A DNA stretch of 64,000 bases from IMG/VR virus record IMGVR_UViG_3300042519_004024, positions 124,001 to 188,000 of that record; one strand, 5' to 3'. Below the pieces are notes generated by a model. That model searched no databases and was not told the origin of the DNA. It saw nothing but the letters and a program-made list of their open reading frames with translations. How positions within the stretch are numbered: the stretch's first letter is position 1; every line of letters starts with the position of its first letter. The position numbers and the translations under genes were made by a program. Of this stretch, positions 19,638 to 29,276 are shown piece after piece.

Positions 19638-22600
19638 CTTGATTCAATATGTATTTAGTAATATATCTGTTTATTGCACTTTTTCCTTTACCTAAACCAA
19701 AATAATAATGATATGGTGCACCAACCAAGAATCGGTTTTGTTGTCCTGCTGGCATAGTCTCGTCAGTGGCACCTGCAGGTGTTGAGTTATATATATAACC
19801 TCTTCTACCTGTATTTAAGTTATTAAAGTACTGTGAATACGGTGATTGGTAAAAACTTAAACTTTGATACTTTTCTGAGTAGAACCCATTACCTAAAAGA
19901 TTTGTTTCCCATTCATTCAAGTCACTACCAAAAATAGTATTAACGGAACCTTGATTTAATTTCCACTGATAAAAAGGTACTTCTTGTGTTTTAGGGTATC
20001 CAAAATAATTTGTTAGTGTTGGTGTAAATGTTGTAATACCGGGTGATACTACAATTCTATTTTCAGTATTTGACGTAAAGAATACTCCAAATGTTGCGTC
20101 TCCCGCAGTGGCAATGTAAATGTCGCCAACACCATCATAACTATCCTCATCAAATCCTTCAACACCATATTCAGAGTTAATACTAAATAATTGTACAACA
20201 TCCCCATCCATTCTATCATCACTTCTAGAAAACATTCTATTAATAGACGCATCTCCAAAATTGAATATTTGTTGTAAAAAGCTAGTATTAATTAACCTTG
20301 ACACAATAAATAACTGTAATAAATCGGATGTGTCGTTATATGATGTAGATTTTAAAGTGTCAATAATATACCCTTCGAAATCAGGATTTGTACATATTTC
20401 TTTTGTAAACTCATCTCTTGGACCCATATCCATTACTGTTGTCGGGAAAAATAAATTTCTATCATTAGTTCCACCAAAGTTAACAGGTTGTAAAGTTGGG
20501 TTTGAGTATGTCCCTTGTTTTGGAATTTGTCCAACGAAGTTATTAGAATCATATGGTGTACATCTATAAAAAAGTGAGTTAGTTGTATTTTCAGTATAGA
20601 AAATTGGACCTTGTCCAGGTCTCAATGTACTATCATATGAACCACAGAATTTATATTTTTTAGGTTGCCCAATTATATTAAAAATTGTTTGTTTTTTAAA
20701 TGAAAACATATATAACGTACCATTAACCCAATTGTTTTGGAAAACGTGAGCAAATATCCCTCTACATGCACCAAACATCATTCTAAAACGTAACTTCCAT
20801 TCTGTGAAGTTTTCAAAGTCTTTTTTAATGTTTACCACATATGGTTTTTGAATGAACTGATAACAACCCGATTTAATTCTAACGGGATCCTCATTATCGT
20901 CACATGGTGTTTCAACACCAAAAGTATTATTTGCGGGATCGACTGTGTAACATTTTAATGGTACCATTCCCGCACAATCAAACGTTGAGAGAACACTACT
21001 CGCAGCGTTTGGTGTGTCAGGACCAAAGTCTTGTGCATTATTTGAAGAATCCGTTTGTCCCACTCCAACTATTATTGGATTAGCTCCCGAATCTACTCTA
21101 TATGCTGCGAAGTTATCATTTTGATGTAGGGCAAATGAGTTAGCATTTACACCTGAACCACCACCACTTTGCGTTAAATCGGAAGTTGGTAGTCTATCTG
21201 ATCTTAAAATAAGTTTTGGGTTAGTCCCTGCAGGTATTGTTACATTAAGTAAGGGGTTAGTTGTTACGTAAGCAGGGGCATAAACTCGAGCGTTAATACT
21301 TGATAATGCTCCAACGACGTTACCTGTTGATGATATTGATCCTATTAATGATCCTCCTTCAATATTACCTTGTAATGTGGTATTATAAAATTTTATAGTA
21401 TTTGTATTATTTGATGCGACACCAGGACCTGAAGTTATAGTACTAAGAGTTGGTCCTGAAGTTGGGTTCCATCCAGCCCCTCTTGATTTATCCAACGAAG
21501 AATAGTATTTAATAGAATCTGATGTTACCGCACTAAATTGTGTTCCTGTTATTTGAAAATTGTATGGTTCGTGATAAATAGATGATGAGGCATAAGATTG
21601 AGTATGTCCCTCTGGAGTAATATAATTGTTCCACCAAGAGTTAGATGCATTACCTGTGTTAGGTTGTATCGGTACATTTAAATAATACTGCCCATTAACA
21701 GTAACACTATTTGTAGGTTGCCCAAATAATGTTGATAAATCATATTTTATATTTTGTTTGTCTGTCCATGGATCCGTCCCTCTAACCAAAATCAATATTC
21801 CCATATTTTTCCAACCATCTCCATTTACAGTCAATGGATTTATTGTTTCGGTTCGTAGAGTTTGGCTAGTGTCTTCATACCTAATGTCTTGTAATTTATT
21901 TAAAATATATTTCCTTAATAAGTTTGTTGTAACCAACTGTAATGATGGGTTTGGTTGCACATTAATTTGTGTACCGGCAGCTAATAAATCAGCATCATAC
22001 GCAGTCATACCAGTTACCACTTGGAAGTATTCCAACCCTGTTTTAAATTTATATTCTTTTTCTGAACTTGTTCCTGATATTTGTATAGTACTTGTTCCTA
22101 ATCCTCCCGCAGCGGTAATATAACTAACTGTATAATTTGTAACCGCAGTGGTAGAAGTTCCTGTAATTGAATTTGTTTCAAATTGGTTTGTTGTTCCACT
22201 AACTAAATTTAAATCATTAATATTATTAGGGTTTGTAAATGTTAATAATGATCCGGGTTGGTAGGTACTTGCAACTGCAGGATCACATAATATTATTAAA
22301 ACATTATCAGTAAAAGACGCCCCATTATTTACTGTTGTTGTTATTCTATTTGGTGCCGTTGTGTCAAAATATCTTGCTCTAACATTTGCTAAATTTAATG
22401 ATTGTGCGTATGTCACATCTCTTTGTAAAATATATTGTGAGTCTGAAAATACACTTACTATTGGTACTCCAATTTCAGGAGTTGTCGGGTATCCAGCCAT
22501 CGCATATCTTATACCATAGGCGTCTGCTTGATATTTATTGTTCTTTTTTGTTTCACTACCTCCATATTCATCAACATTCAAATAACAAAAATAAGTAGGA

Positions 22601-24642
22601 TACCCTTGTTCTATTTGATTATCACTACCATCAACATCACATAATTGAATACTTGGTACTCCACCCCAAAAATCGTTTGAATTGACATTTGCAAGAAACG
22701 AATTATTACTTCTTGTATAAATCGTATATTTACCAATTTTATTTTCAGACGTACTTCCACCTCCACCAGGAGTATCATCAATTTCGTCTAATTCCAAATC
22801 AGGAGCATCACAAGAACACGCCTCACAATCAGGGTACGACATCATAGGTAAATTAATACCTTTAAAATTAAATGCCGTTAACATCGGTGATACTTTAGCA
22901 GCAAACAATACCGCAGCAGCAACAAAGAAAATTGCCGCTAAACCATAGAGTACTATTAAACCTATTGCTGGGTAAGCAGCAACCGCAGCGGCGATATATT
23001 GATATCCTAAATACGCTAAATAAATAGGAAAGAATATTGCAATCACCCATTTTAATATCGGCCAAACAAGGGCTAAAACGTGTAATACGGGTATCAACGC
23101 ATAAAGTACAGGACTGAAAATTGTGATTACTAAATTGAATAAAAAGAAAATAAAATCAAAATTTCTTACACCATCATTAACAGGAAACCTATTTGTTGTT
23201 GTTGTACATGTTCTATCAGTGATTTCTTTAATACCTAAATGTCTACTTCTATTATACCCCCATTTCCATCTATCTAAAAAGTTAGCAATTGTATACACTT
23301 TATTAAAGTGGAATTCATAGAACCTATCCTCACAATTGATAGCCTCTTGTATCATTTGGTTACCTATGGTTGTTGTTACATCCCCATAGTCATTCCAATC
23401 TAAACTAAATGCGTATGAATATAGTTGAGCATTTAAATCCACAGGTTGGTTAGTGTTACTTGGTGACCACCCCCATTCTTTTATATTTGGAACTAAGTAG
23501 TCCGCCCTTAATATACTACTTTCCATACCCTCTTCATTTTGGTATTGGATTCTAAATCTATATTTTGCTTTTGTCGGTATCCCTTGTGTTGGATCATTAG
23601 ATAATACTTGTTCACCAAATTCATTTGTTGTAATATAATCTAAATTCATAGGAACTTCGGTTAACCAAGTACCTTCATCGTCAATAATTTTACCTCCTTC
23701 AGGTAAACTATATTGTTCGAGTATTGGTCTACCATTAACATCGTAATCTATTGTTTGTCTAATTGCTAAGATTTTTCCTGAAGCGGAAACTAAATCACAC
23801 AAATTCCCTGAATTTCTTTTTGGTTTACAATTTGTTTTTAAGAAATCTTCATCTGCAGTTGAAAATATTGATCCCATAAAAACCGCCTGTGGTTTTATTT
23901 CTATCCCAACATCCCTTAAGTCAAAATCAACTCTTGTGATTCCAATATCACAAAGATCCTGTTCACCCCAAAATGATGTTACATCGGCATCTTTTTTTAT
24001 ATTAATTATTTGTGGTAATGATGCTAAGTCTGTTGATGATTTAAATTGATCACCATTAAACTGTTCAGATGATGCCATTCCCATTCTTATCAAATCGGAA
24101 GGACGTAAAGAGAAACAACCGATGTTTGATAAATCTAAATCTAAAACGACTGTTTGTATACCAAGTGGTACACCTATAATCATAAAGTCACCACTCTCAT
24201 TAGTTTTAACTGTAAATTTGTAGTATTTTTCGTATACCTCAAGAACTTCTTTTCTTGTTAGTATGTCTTCTCTATCAGGAAATGTTCCTGTTGGTGTGTG
24301 CCCACCATATTCTTGAACGTATGGTAAAAGATTATACCTATAACCGTCCTCATTTTTATCTTCAAGTGTTTTGTATGGGTATAATGTCGATATTACAATA
24401 TCATCTTCGTCTTCAGGCTTTAAAGGTACAAAAACAGATACCGTTGCGTTTGGTATTCCATACCCTCCATTAACAATAATTCTTCCTGCGATAACACCAT
24501 AGTCGGCACAGAATCTTGTATATACATCATCTTGTCTTAATTTTAATGATAAAATTTCAAGAAAATCAAAATCTTGATTAACGTTAATTCTTATGTTTTT
24601 GTCTACTCCCGGCTGTGTTCTTATTCTATAACTTTTAGTCAT
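19630..24642 (-). CDS. Large baseplate-region protein with carboxypeptidase-regulatory-like N-terminal domain and an internal hydrophobic multi-helix segment
   Basis: YGVIAGRII...GIPNATVSVF...KTNESGDFMIIGVP; about 90 consecutive mostly hydrophobic residues followed by DCEACSC. Confidence 0.55.
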   Translation of the reverse strand: MTKSYRIRTQPGVDKNIRINVNQDFDFLEILSLKLRQDDVYTRFCADYGVIAGRIIVNGGYGIPNATVSVFVPLKPEDEDDIVISTLYPYKTLEDKNEDGYRYNLLPYVQEYGGHTPTGTFPDREDILTRKEVLEVYEKYYKFTVKTNESGDFMIIGVPLGIQTVVLDLDLSNIGCFSLRPSDLIRMGMASSEQFNGDQFKSSTDLASLPQIINIKKDADVTSFWGEQDLCDIGITRVDFDLRDVGIEIKPQAVFMGSIFSTADEDFLKTNCKPKRNSGNLCDLVSASGKILAIRQTIDYDVNGRPILEQYSLPEGGKIIDDEGTWLTEVPMNLDYITTNEFGEQVLSNDPTQGIPTKAKYRFRIQYQNEEGMESSILRADYLVPNIKEWGWSPSNTNQPVDLNAQLYSYAFSLDWNDYGDVTTTIGNQMIQEAINCEDRFYEFHFNKVYTIANFLDRWKWGYNRSRHLGIKEITDRTCTTTTNRFPVNDGVRNFDFIFFLFNLVITIFSPVLYALIPVLHVLALVWPILKWVIAIFFPIYLAYLGYQYIAAAVAAYPAIGLIVLYGLAAIFFVAAAVLFAAKVSPMLTAFNFKGINLPMMSYPDCEACSCDAPDLELDEIDDTPGGGGSTSENKIGKYTIYTRSNNSFLANVNSNDFWGGVPSIQLCDVDGSDNQIEQGYPTYFCYLNVDEYGGSETKKNNKYQADAYGIRYAMAGYPTTPEIGVPIVSVFSDSQYILQRDVTYAQSLNLANVRARYFDTTAPNRITTTVNNGASFTDNVLIILCDPAVASTYQPGSLLTFTNPNNINDLNLVSGTTNQFETNSITGTSTTAVTNYTVSYITAAGGLGTSTIQISGTSSEKEYKFKTGLEYFQVVTGMTAYDADLLAAGTQINVQPNPSLQLVTTNLLRKYILNKLQDIRYEDTSQTLRTETINPLTVNGDGWKNMGILILVRGTDPWTDKQNIKYDLSTLFGQPTNSVTVNGQYYLNVPIQPNTGNASNSWWNNYITPEGHTQSYASSSIYHEPYNFQITGTQFSAVTSDSIKYYSSLDKSRGAGWNPTSGPTLSTITSGPGVASNNTNTIKFYNTTLQGNIEGGSLIGSISSTGNVVGALSSINARVYAPAYVTTNPLLNVTIPAGTNPKLILRSDRLPTSDLTQSGGGSGVNANSFALHQNDNFAAYRVDSGANPIIVGVGQTDSSNNAQDFGPDTPNAASSVLSTFDCAGMVPLKCYTVDPANNTFGVETPCDDNEDPVRIKSGCYQFIQKPYVVNIKKDFENFTEWKLRFRMMFGACRGIFAHVFQNNWVNGTLYMFSFKKQTIFNIIGQPKKYKFCGSYDSTLRPGQGPIFYTENTTNSLFYRCTPYDSNNFVGQIPKQGTYSNPTLQPVNFGGTNDRNLFFPTTVMDMGPRDEFTKEICTNPDFEGYIIDTLKSTSYNDTSDLLQLFIVSRLINTSFLQQIFNFGDASINRMFSRSDDRMDGDVVQLFSINSEYGVEGFDEDSYDGVGDIYIATAGDATFGVFFTSNTENRIVVSPGITTFTPTLTNYFGYPKTQEVPFYQWKLNQGSVNTIFGSDLNEWETNLLGNGFYSEKYQSLSFYQSPYSQYFNNLNTGRRGYIYNSTPAGATDETMPAGQQNRFLVGAPYHYYFGLGKGKSAINRYITKYILNQDV

Positions 24643-24715
24643 TTGCCTTTTTAAAAATAAATAGTTATGTTCCTATTTTTTAAAAATAGGTGTTATAGAA
24701 ATAAAATAAAGAATC

Positions 24716-26554
24716 TTATGAAAAGTCTACCGTTTTAAGGCTCTTAACCCTAACCTTAATATCCTTATTGTCAAATTTAACTTGATAAATTTGATCTGGT
24801 TCCGCAAAAATAGTATCGTCAATTAATCCAATTTCTCTTGTAACTTTATTAACATATTTTTGTGATGTTTCAGATGAAGAATATTGTCCACCAACTTTAT
24901 TGTATATTTTTAAATCAGATAGTGTAGAAACACCGGCTACGTTTTGTATTAATCGTCTAACATCAGATACGTTAACATTTTGTCCTAACTCCCTATTGCC
25001 AGGTTCCATATAGTTTGCAACAGAATTAATGATTTCGGTAATGACTTGTCCTTGGTTTCTATCCGATTCCATCACTACAAAAATTTCAAATTCCAAATCA
25101 ACTACCTTCGCAACATCAATAGAAATGTAATCGTTTATCATTCTATATTTAGAAAGGTATGTTGCTAAATTAGATTTCAAGTTATTTGAAACGACTTGTG
25201 TTAGTTTTCCTGAAGTATCGTAAGATAATATTTGAATTCTAATTTTATTGTTATTTTCAGTTATTGAAACTTTTGCAGGAGCCCCAAACTTACCCGGCAT
25301 TGTATCTATTAATGATTTATAATCATTCACAGTTACCGCTCTTTTTTGTGCCGCAAAATTAAAAGACACCATATTTCTAACCTCTTCTGTTGTTGGTGGG
25401 TTTGATCCTCCAATCGCAGCGGTAACATTTGTTATTGATAATGAATTTTGTACGTTTGTGTTTACTATGTCTGAAGGTCCTGTTATTGAAAAATCTATGG
25501 TACCTACTTGATTAATTACCCCTACACCAACATTTGATGCAATCCCACCACCTATTCTATATTGAACAAAAACTGTAGTATTTGGTTGTACGGTTAAACC
25601 TAACCCTATATTATTTTGGTAATTCGCCAAATCTAATTTAATGCCATTTCTTGCAAAGTCAGCCAATTGTTGGTTTGGGGTGTTAGTTCCCCCACCAAAT
25701 TGTACCTTCATAAACCCTTCAGGTGTGTATTCTGTTATAAATCTATTTTCAGTCTTTATATATTTACCAACTTTAACACCCGCATTATCTGTTGGTTTTG
25801 TTGGGTCCTCAATAAATACAGTATCTTCAGCTAAAGCGTCCACCTCATACCATCTATTTTGTGAACTTAAAAAATCACCGTATGATGGTATATTAGGGTA
25901 ACTAGTCCCATCTTTTTGTATTATGGATGTTACTCCAAGTACGTTTCTTTCAGGTAAAAAGAAATTAAAAAACGGAACAACGTCAGCAGGATTAATAACC
26001 CTTTTGAATACCTTTGTTGTACCATTAACAACCACTTCCCTTTTTGTTATAATATAATTTATAATTTTATTATTAGCATCAAAAGTAGGTACTTTTGTTC
26101 TATTTACGAAACCTTCTTGATTATACTGTGTTGAGAAGTCGATATCGTAAACAGTCTCAAAGGATGTCCCCGCACCATTAAATTGTGATCCGGCCCTTAA
26201 AATACCTAAATATCTATAATCCTCACTATCACCTAATGGTGGTACTGTAATAGATATGTCAACAACTGCAACTGATGGGCGATAACCTGGTATTTTTAAA
26301 CCATAAGTTCTTGCAATATTGTAAATTGATGATCTTTGTTGAGCATACTGTAGAACAGTTTCTTGTATACTTCTATCAATATGAAAATGTAAATTATCAG
26401 CAACCGCAGCATTCAAATCCATTAGAACTGAAAACACCGATGCGTCATTAAAATTTTGTACTAATTCAGGGTAATACTGTTTAGTATAATTTATCAAGTC
26501 TTGTCTTATCCCTTGAAAGTCCCTCGTTGTATAATTTATCTTTTGGTTAGCCAT
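24716..26554 (-). CDS. Baseplate wedge subunit (T4 gp6/baseplate J-like)
   Basis: INYTTRDFQGIRQDLINY...DLNAAVADNLHFHIDRSIQE...A..R.SIY..A...G and AQKRAVTVNDY are gp6 hallmarks. Confidence 0.85.
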   Translation of the reverse strand: MANQKINYTTRDFQGIRQDLINYTKQYYPELVQNFNDASVFSVLMDLNAAVADNLHFHIDRSIQETVLQYAQQRSSIYNIARTYGLKIPGYRPSVAVVDISITVPPLGDSEDYRYLGILRAGSQFNGAGTSFETVYDIDFSTQYNQEGFVNRTKVPTFDANNKIINYIITKREVVVNGTTKVFKRVINPADVVPFFNFFLPERNVLGVTSIIQKDGTSYPNIPSYGDFLSSQNRWYEVDALAEDTVFIEDPTKPTDNAGVKVGKYIKTENRFITEYTPEGFMKVQFGGGTNTPNQQLADFARNGIKLDLANYQNNIGLGLTVQPNTTVFVQYRIGGGIASNVGVGVINQVGTIDFSITGPSDIVNTNVQNSLSITNVTAAIGGSNPPTTEEVRNMVSFNFAAQKRAVTVNDYKSLIDTMPGKFGAPAKVSITENNNKIRIQILSYDTSGKLTQVVSNNLKSNLATYLSKYRMINDYISIDVAKVVDLEFEIFVVMESDRNQGQVITEIINSVANYMEPGNRELGQNVNVSDVRRLIQNVAGVSTLSDLKIYNKVGGQYSSSETSQKYVNKVTREIGLIDDTIFAEPDQIYQVKFDNKDIKVRVKSLKTVDFS

Positions 26555-26556
26555 AA

Positions 26557-27021
26557 TTAAATATTAATAATTACGAATTCTCTACTTCCGAATGCTTTAT
26601 TTTCGTCAGTATAATCGATTTTTAGTTTTGCTGTGTATTCCGCAGTATTTGCCCCCGGTATTTTATATATACTTGCTTGACCCAATAATTCATAATCTAA
26701 TTGCCCAACAACTTCGTCGGTTTCGGTGTAGGGTTCTATAGTAATACTATTAATTAACAAATTTGGTATATATTTTGCAACTTGTTCTTCAATGTCAGAT
26801 TTTATATTTTCAAACGTTTCACCATCTAATGGTTCAAAAATAAATTCATAAATTCTAGTTCCAAAATCGGGCAAATAATATCTACTTCCCTTTCTTGTTA
26901 ATATTAAATGCAATAAGTCTGTCCTAATCTCTTCATCTGATTGTTGAGTTAGTAACAAATAATCTCCTACATTACTTTGTCTAAACGGAAAACTTATTCC
27001 ATATGTTCTACCATCTGCCAT
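26557..27021 (-). CDS. Baseplate wedge subunit, gp25/GPW-like
   Basis: GISFPF...EEIRTDLLHLILTRKGSRYYLPDFGTRIYEFIFEP. Confidence 0.9.
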   Translation of the reverse strand: MADGRTYGISFPFRQSNVGDYLLLTQQSDEEIRTDLLHLILTRKGSRYYLPDFGTRIYEFIFEPLDGETFENIKSDIEEQVAKYIPNLLINSITIEPYTETDEVVGQLDYELLGQASIYKIPGANTAEYTAKLKIDYTDENKAFGSREFVIINI

Positions 27022-27068
27022 ATTAAATAAATATAATGTTGTGAATTTTTGAATAAATAGATATAAAA

Positions 27069-27095
27069 TAAAAAATCACCGATTTCTCAGTGATT
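27069..27095 (-). terminator. Rho-independent terminator after the RNR/DUF5522 genes
   Basis: Minus strand AATCACTGA-GAAA-TCGGTGATT followed by a T-run. Confidence 0.7.
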
Positions 27096-27306
27096 CTTTT
27101 AAATTTATATTTCCTTTTTCGTAACTTGGTTCGTAAGGACAATGTAAACACCTGTTACCACAACATTTACCTCTCTTCTTATGATATTCTTCAGTCATAA
27201 CCATTCTACCTTGTTTATCATAATAAAAATCGTCTTGTTGTAATTTAGGTCCAAATTCTCTAACATATAATTGTTGTACCCAATCCTTAGATGCTCCTAC
27301 ATTCAT
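27076..27306 (-). CDS. DUF5522-like small Cys-rich protein
   Basis: DFYYDKQGRMVMTEEYHKKRGKCCGNRCLHCPY. Confidence 0.75.
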   Translation of the reverse strand: MNVGASKDWVQQLYVREFGPKLQQDDFYYDKQGRMVMTEEYHKKRGKCCGNRCLHCPYEPSYEKGNINLKESLRNR

Positions 27307-27307
27307 T

Positions 27308-27388
27308 TTAATTAGTTTTTCTTTGGTTATAAAACGCTAACAAAACTTGGTATGTTATCGTTATATTGTTTCCCCATTGTACTTTCAT
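27308..27388 (-). CDS. Putative 26-aa microprotein (not in the ORF track)
   Basis: MKVQWGNNITITYQVLLAFYNQRKTN; fills the gap between nrdJ (3 nt) and the DUF5522 gene (1 nt). Confidence 0.5.
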   Translation of the reverse strand: MKVQWGNNITITYQVLLAFYNQRKTN

Positions 27389-27391
27389 AAC

Positions 27392-29251
27392 TTAAACGAT
27401 TTCACATGCGCCACCCGCACACGCAGCTTCTCCTCGTAGATCGGTGTTATCTTGTAACTCAATTACTTTTGTAAGATTAACATCTGATAATGTTTTAACC
27501 AATCTTTCAAAATCTTCTTTTGTACAATCTTCAAAAGGGGCTTGTGTGTAAGTTCCTCCGTTGTAAGGTAGTACTGACAAACCGTTATAGAAATCTCTAT
27601 TGTTCCACATCCAATCACCAACTAAACTCCACTCGTCTTCTTTAATTGATACTGTAGCAGATACGTTGTGTGTGTTTTGTCCGTTTCTATGTCCAGGTTT
27701 AATCCATTCTTGAGATACTTTCTTAACTCTTTCCAACATTTGGAACACTGATTCATGTCTTACGATTGAACCTTCAGGTGCTCTTTGTGGGATAGTAATT
27801 ACCGCAGTATCGTGAGGACGGAAAAACTCATCTTCAATCAACTCAGGATGATTAATCGCCAAGTATGAATAGATTGATTCGTTTTTACCAACACGGATTC
27901 TTCTTAGGTAATAATCATTATGCCATGCGTGGATTCCTGATGATGTACCCAATACCAATGATGAGGTACCTGATGGTTTAACTGTTGTTGTTCTTGCGGA
28001 TTTGTTGATTCCAATAAGACCAGCAACTCTTTCGTTTTCTTCTTTAACCATCTTAGCCGCTTTTTTCATATCATAACCCAACACAACACCTGAACCAATT
28101 CCTGTCATACCTACACCGATAAGTGCATCTTTTTCAGTTGTTCTTTTCCAAATATCTCTTAAATAATGGAAGTCTGTGTATCCTGCCTGTAGTGTACCAA
28201 TGAACGATGCCGCCCTAACTCTTGCATCAAAGTCTTCTTGTGATTCAATATCTGAAGCGTTAACCTCACATAAGTTACAGAATTGGAATGGACGAAGTGC
28301 GATTTCACAACAAGGGTTTGTTCCCCAATCTTTATCGTTAGATAAGTAGATTCCAGGTTCACCTGCGCCTGACAACTCAATACGTTTCCACAAATCCATA
28401 AAAAATTCTTTTGTGATTTTGTGACGAAGAAGAACCGCCGAGTTATTTGCTCTACCTCTTTGTGCGTTTTGTTCCCACCAACTTCCTGATTTACAAGAAA
28501 TCATTTCTTCATCATCTGCCGAAAATAATGAGATAAGAGCCGCACGTCTGATACCACCCGCTAGTACTGCATCCGCAATATGACATACGATATCGTGAGT
28601 TTCAATTGGTGTTAGTTTTTCTCCATCTTTTTTGTTATCCAATACTTTTGTAATGTTATGGATACAATCTTTTAATGGTTGAGGGCCCGGAGCCTTTCCC
28701 CCTGATGTTACAAGCATCGCACCTTTTTGTCTAATATCTGAAAAGTCGAATATAGGTGTTGATGACTTATAACCTAAATATGATTCCATTAATACTTTAA
28801 TGGCATCTGCCCACCCTTCAATAGAATCACCAATAAGGTATCTTCTTGTTCTTTCAGGATTTGGTTTTTTAATATCTGGTAGTTTTTCAACGTGGTGTTT
28901 TTGAACTGAGTAACCAACTCCTGTTCCACCTAAAAGTAAAAACATTGTTTCAGAAAACGAGTCAACGTGATCGATTGGCATATATGCACAATTATAAACT
29001 CTGTTTGGTGAGATTTCAATTGGCTTTCCACCAAATTGTAAAGATCTCATAGATGGTAAAACTTTCTTGTCGTACACCATTTTATATACCTCTTCAATCT
29101 CATCTTTGATGTGTGGGTACTTTCTTTGGTGCATCTCTTTGTTACGTGTTACCAACTCTTCCCAAGTCTCTCTCCGATTCTTTTCGGGTTGAAACTTAGC
29201 GTATTTCATAAAGACAGTAATGTCACTTAATATTTTTTGCGAAATATCCAT
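27392..29251 (-). CDS. nrdJ: Class II (adenosylcobalamin-dependent) ribonucleotide reductase, RTPR/NrdJ type
   Basis: RVYNCAY, GTNPCCEI, FCNLCEVN, TTVKPSGT and C-terminal ACAGGACEIV; no ATP cone and no intein seen. Confidence 0.9.
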   Translation of the reverse strand: MDISQKILSDITVFMKYAKFQPEKNRRETWEELVTRNKEMHQRKYPHIKDEIEEVYKMVYDKKVLPSMRSLQFGGKPIEISPNRVYNCAYMPIDHVDSFSETMFLLLGGTGVGYSVQKHHVEKLPDIKKPNPERTRRYLIGDSIEGWADAIKVLMESYLGYKSSTPIFDFSDIRQKGAMLVTSGGKAPGPQPLKDCIHNITKVLDNKKDGEKLTPIETHDIVCHIADAVLAGGIRRAALISLFSADDEEMISCKSGSWWEQNAQRGRANNSAVLLRHKITKEFFMDLWKRIELSGAGEPGIYLSNDKDWGTNPCCEIALRPFQFCNLCEVNASDIESQEDFDARVRAASFIGTLQAGYTDFHYLRDIWKRTTEKDALIGVGMTGIGSGVVLGYDMKKAAKMVKEENERVAGLIGINKSARTTTVKPSGTSSLVLGTSSGIHAWHNDYYLRRIRVGKNESIYSYLAINHPELIEDEFFRPHDTAVITIPQRAPEGSIVRHESVFQMLERVKKVSQEWIKPGHRNGQNTHNVSATVSIKEDEWSLVGDWMWNNRDFYNGLSVLPYNGGTYTQAPFEDCTKEDFERLVKTLSDVNLTKVIELQDNTDLRGEAACAGGACEIV

Positions 29252-29276
29252 TTTTAATTTATTTTAATAATTTATT

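Noticed and set aside
24672-24690. Palindrome CCTATTTTT-T-AAAAATAGG after the gp6 gene
   Set aside because: Mostly an A/T stem without a clear U-tract; it may be a weak terminator but support is insufficient.
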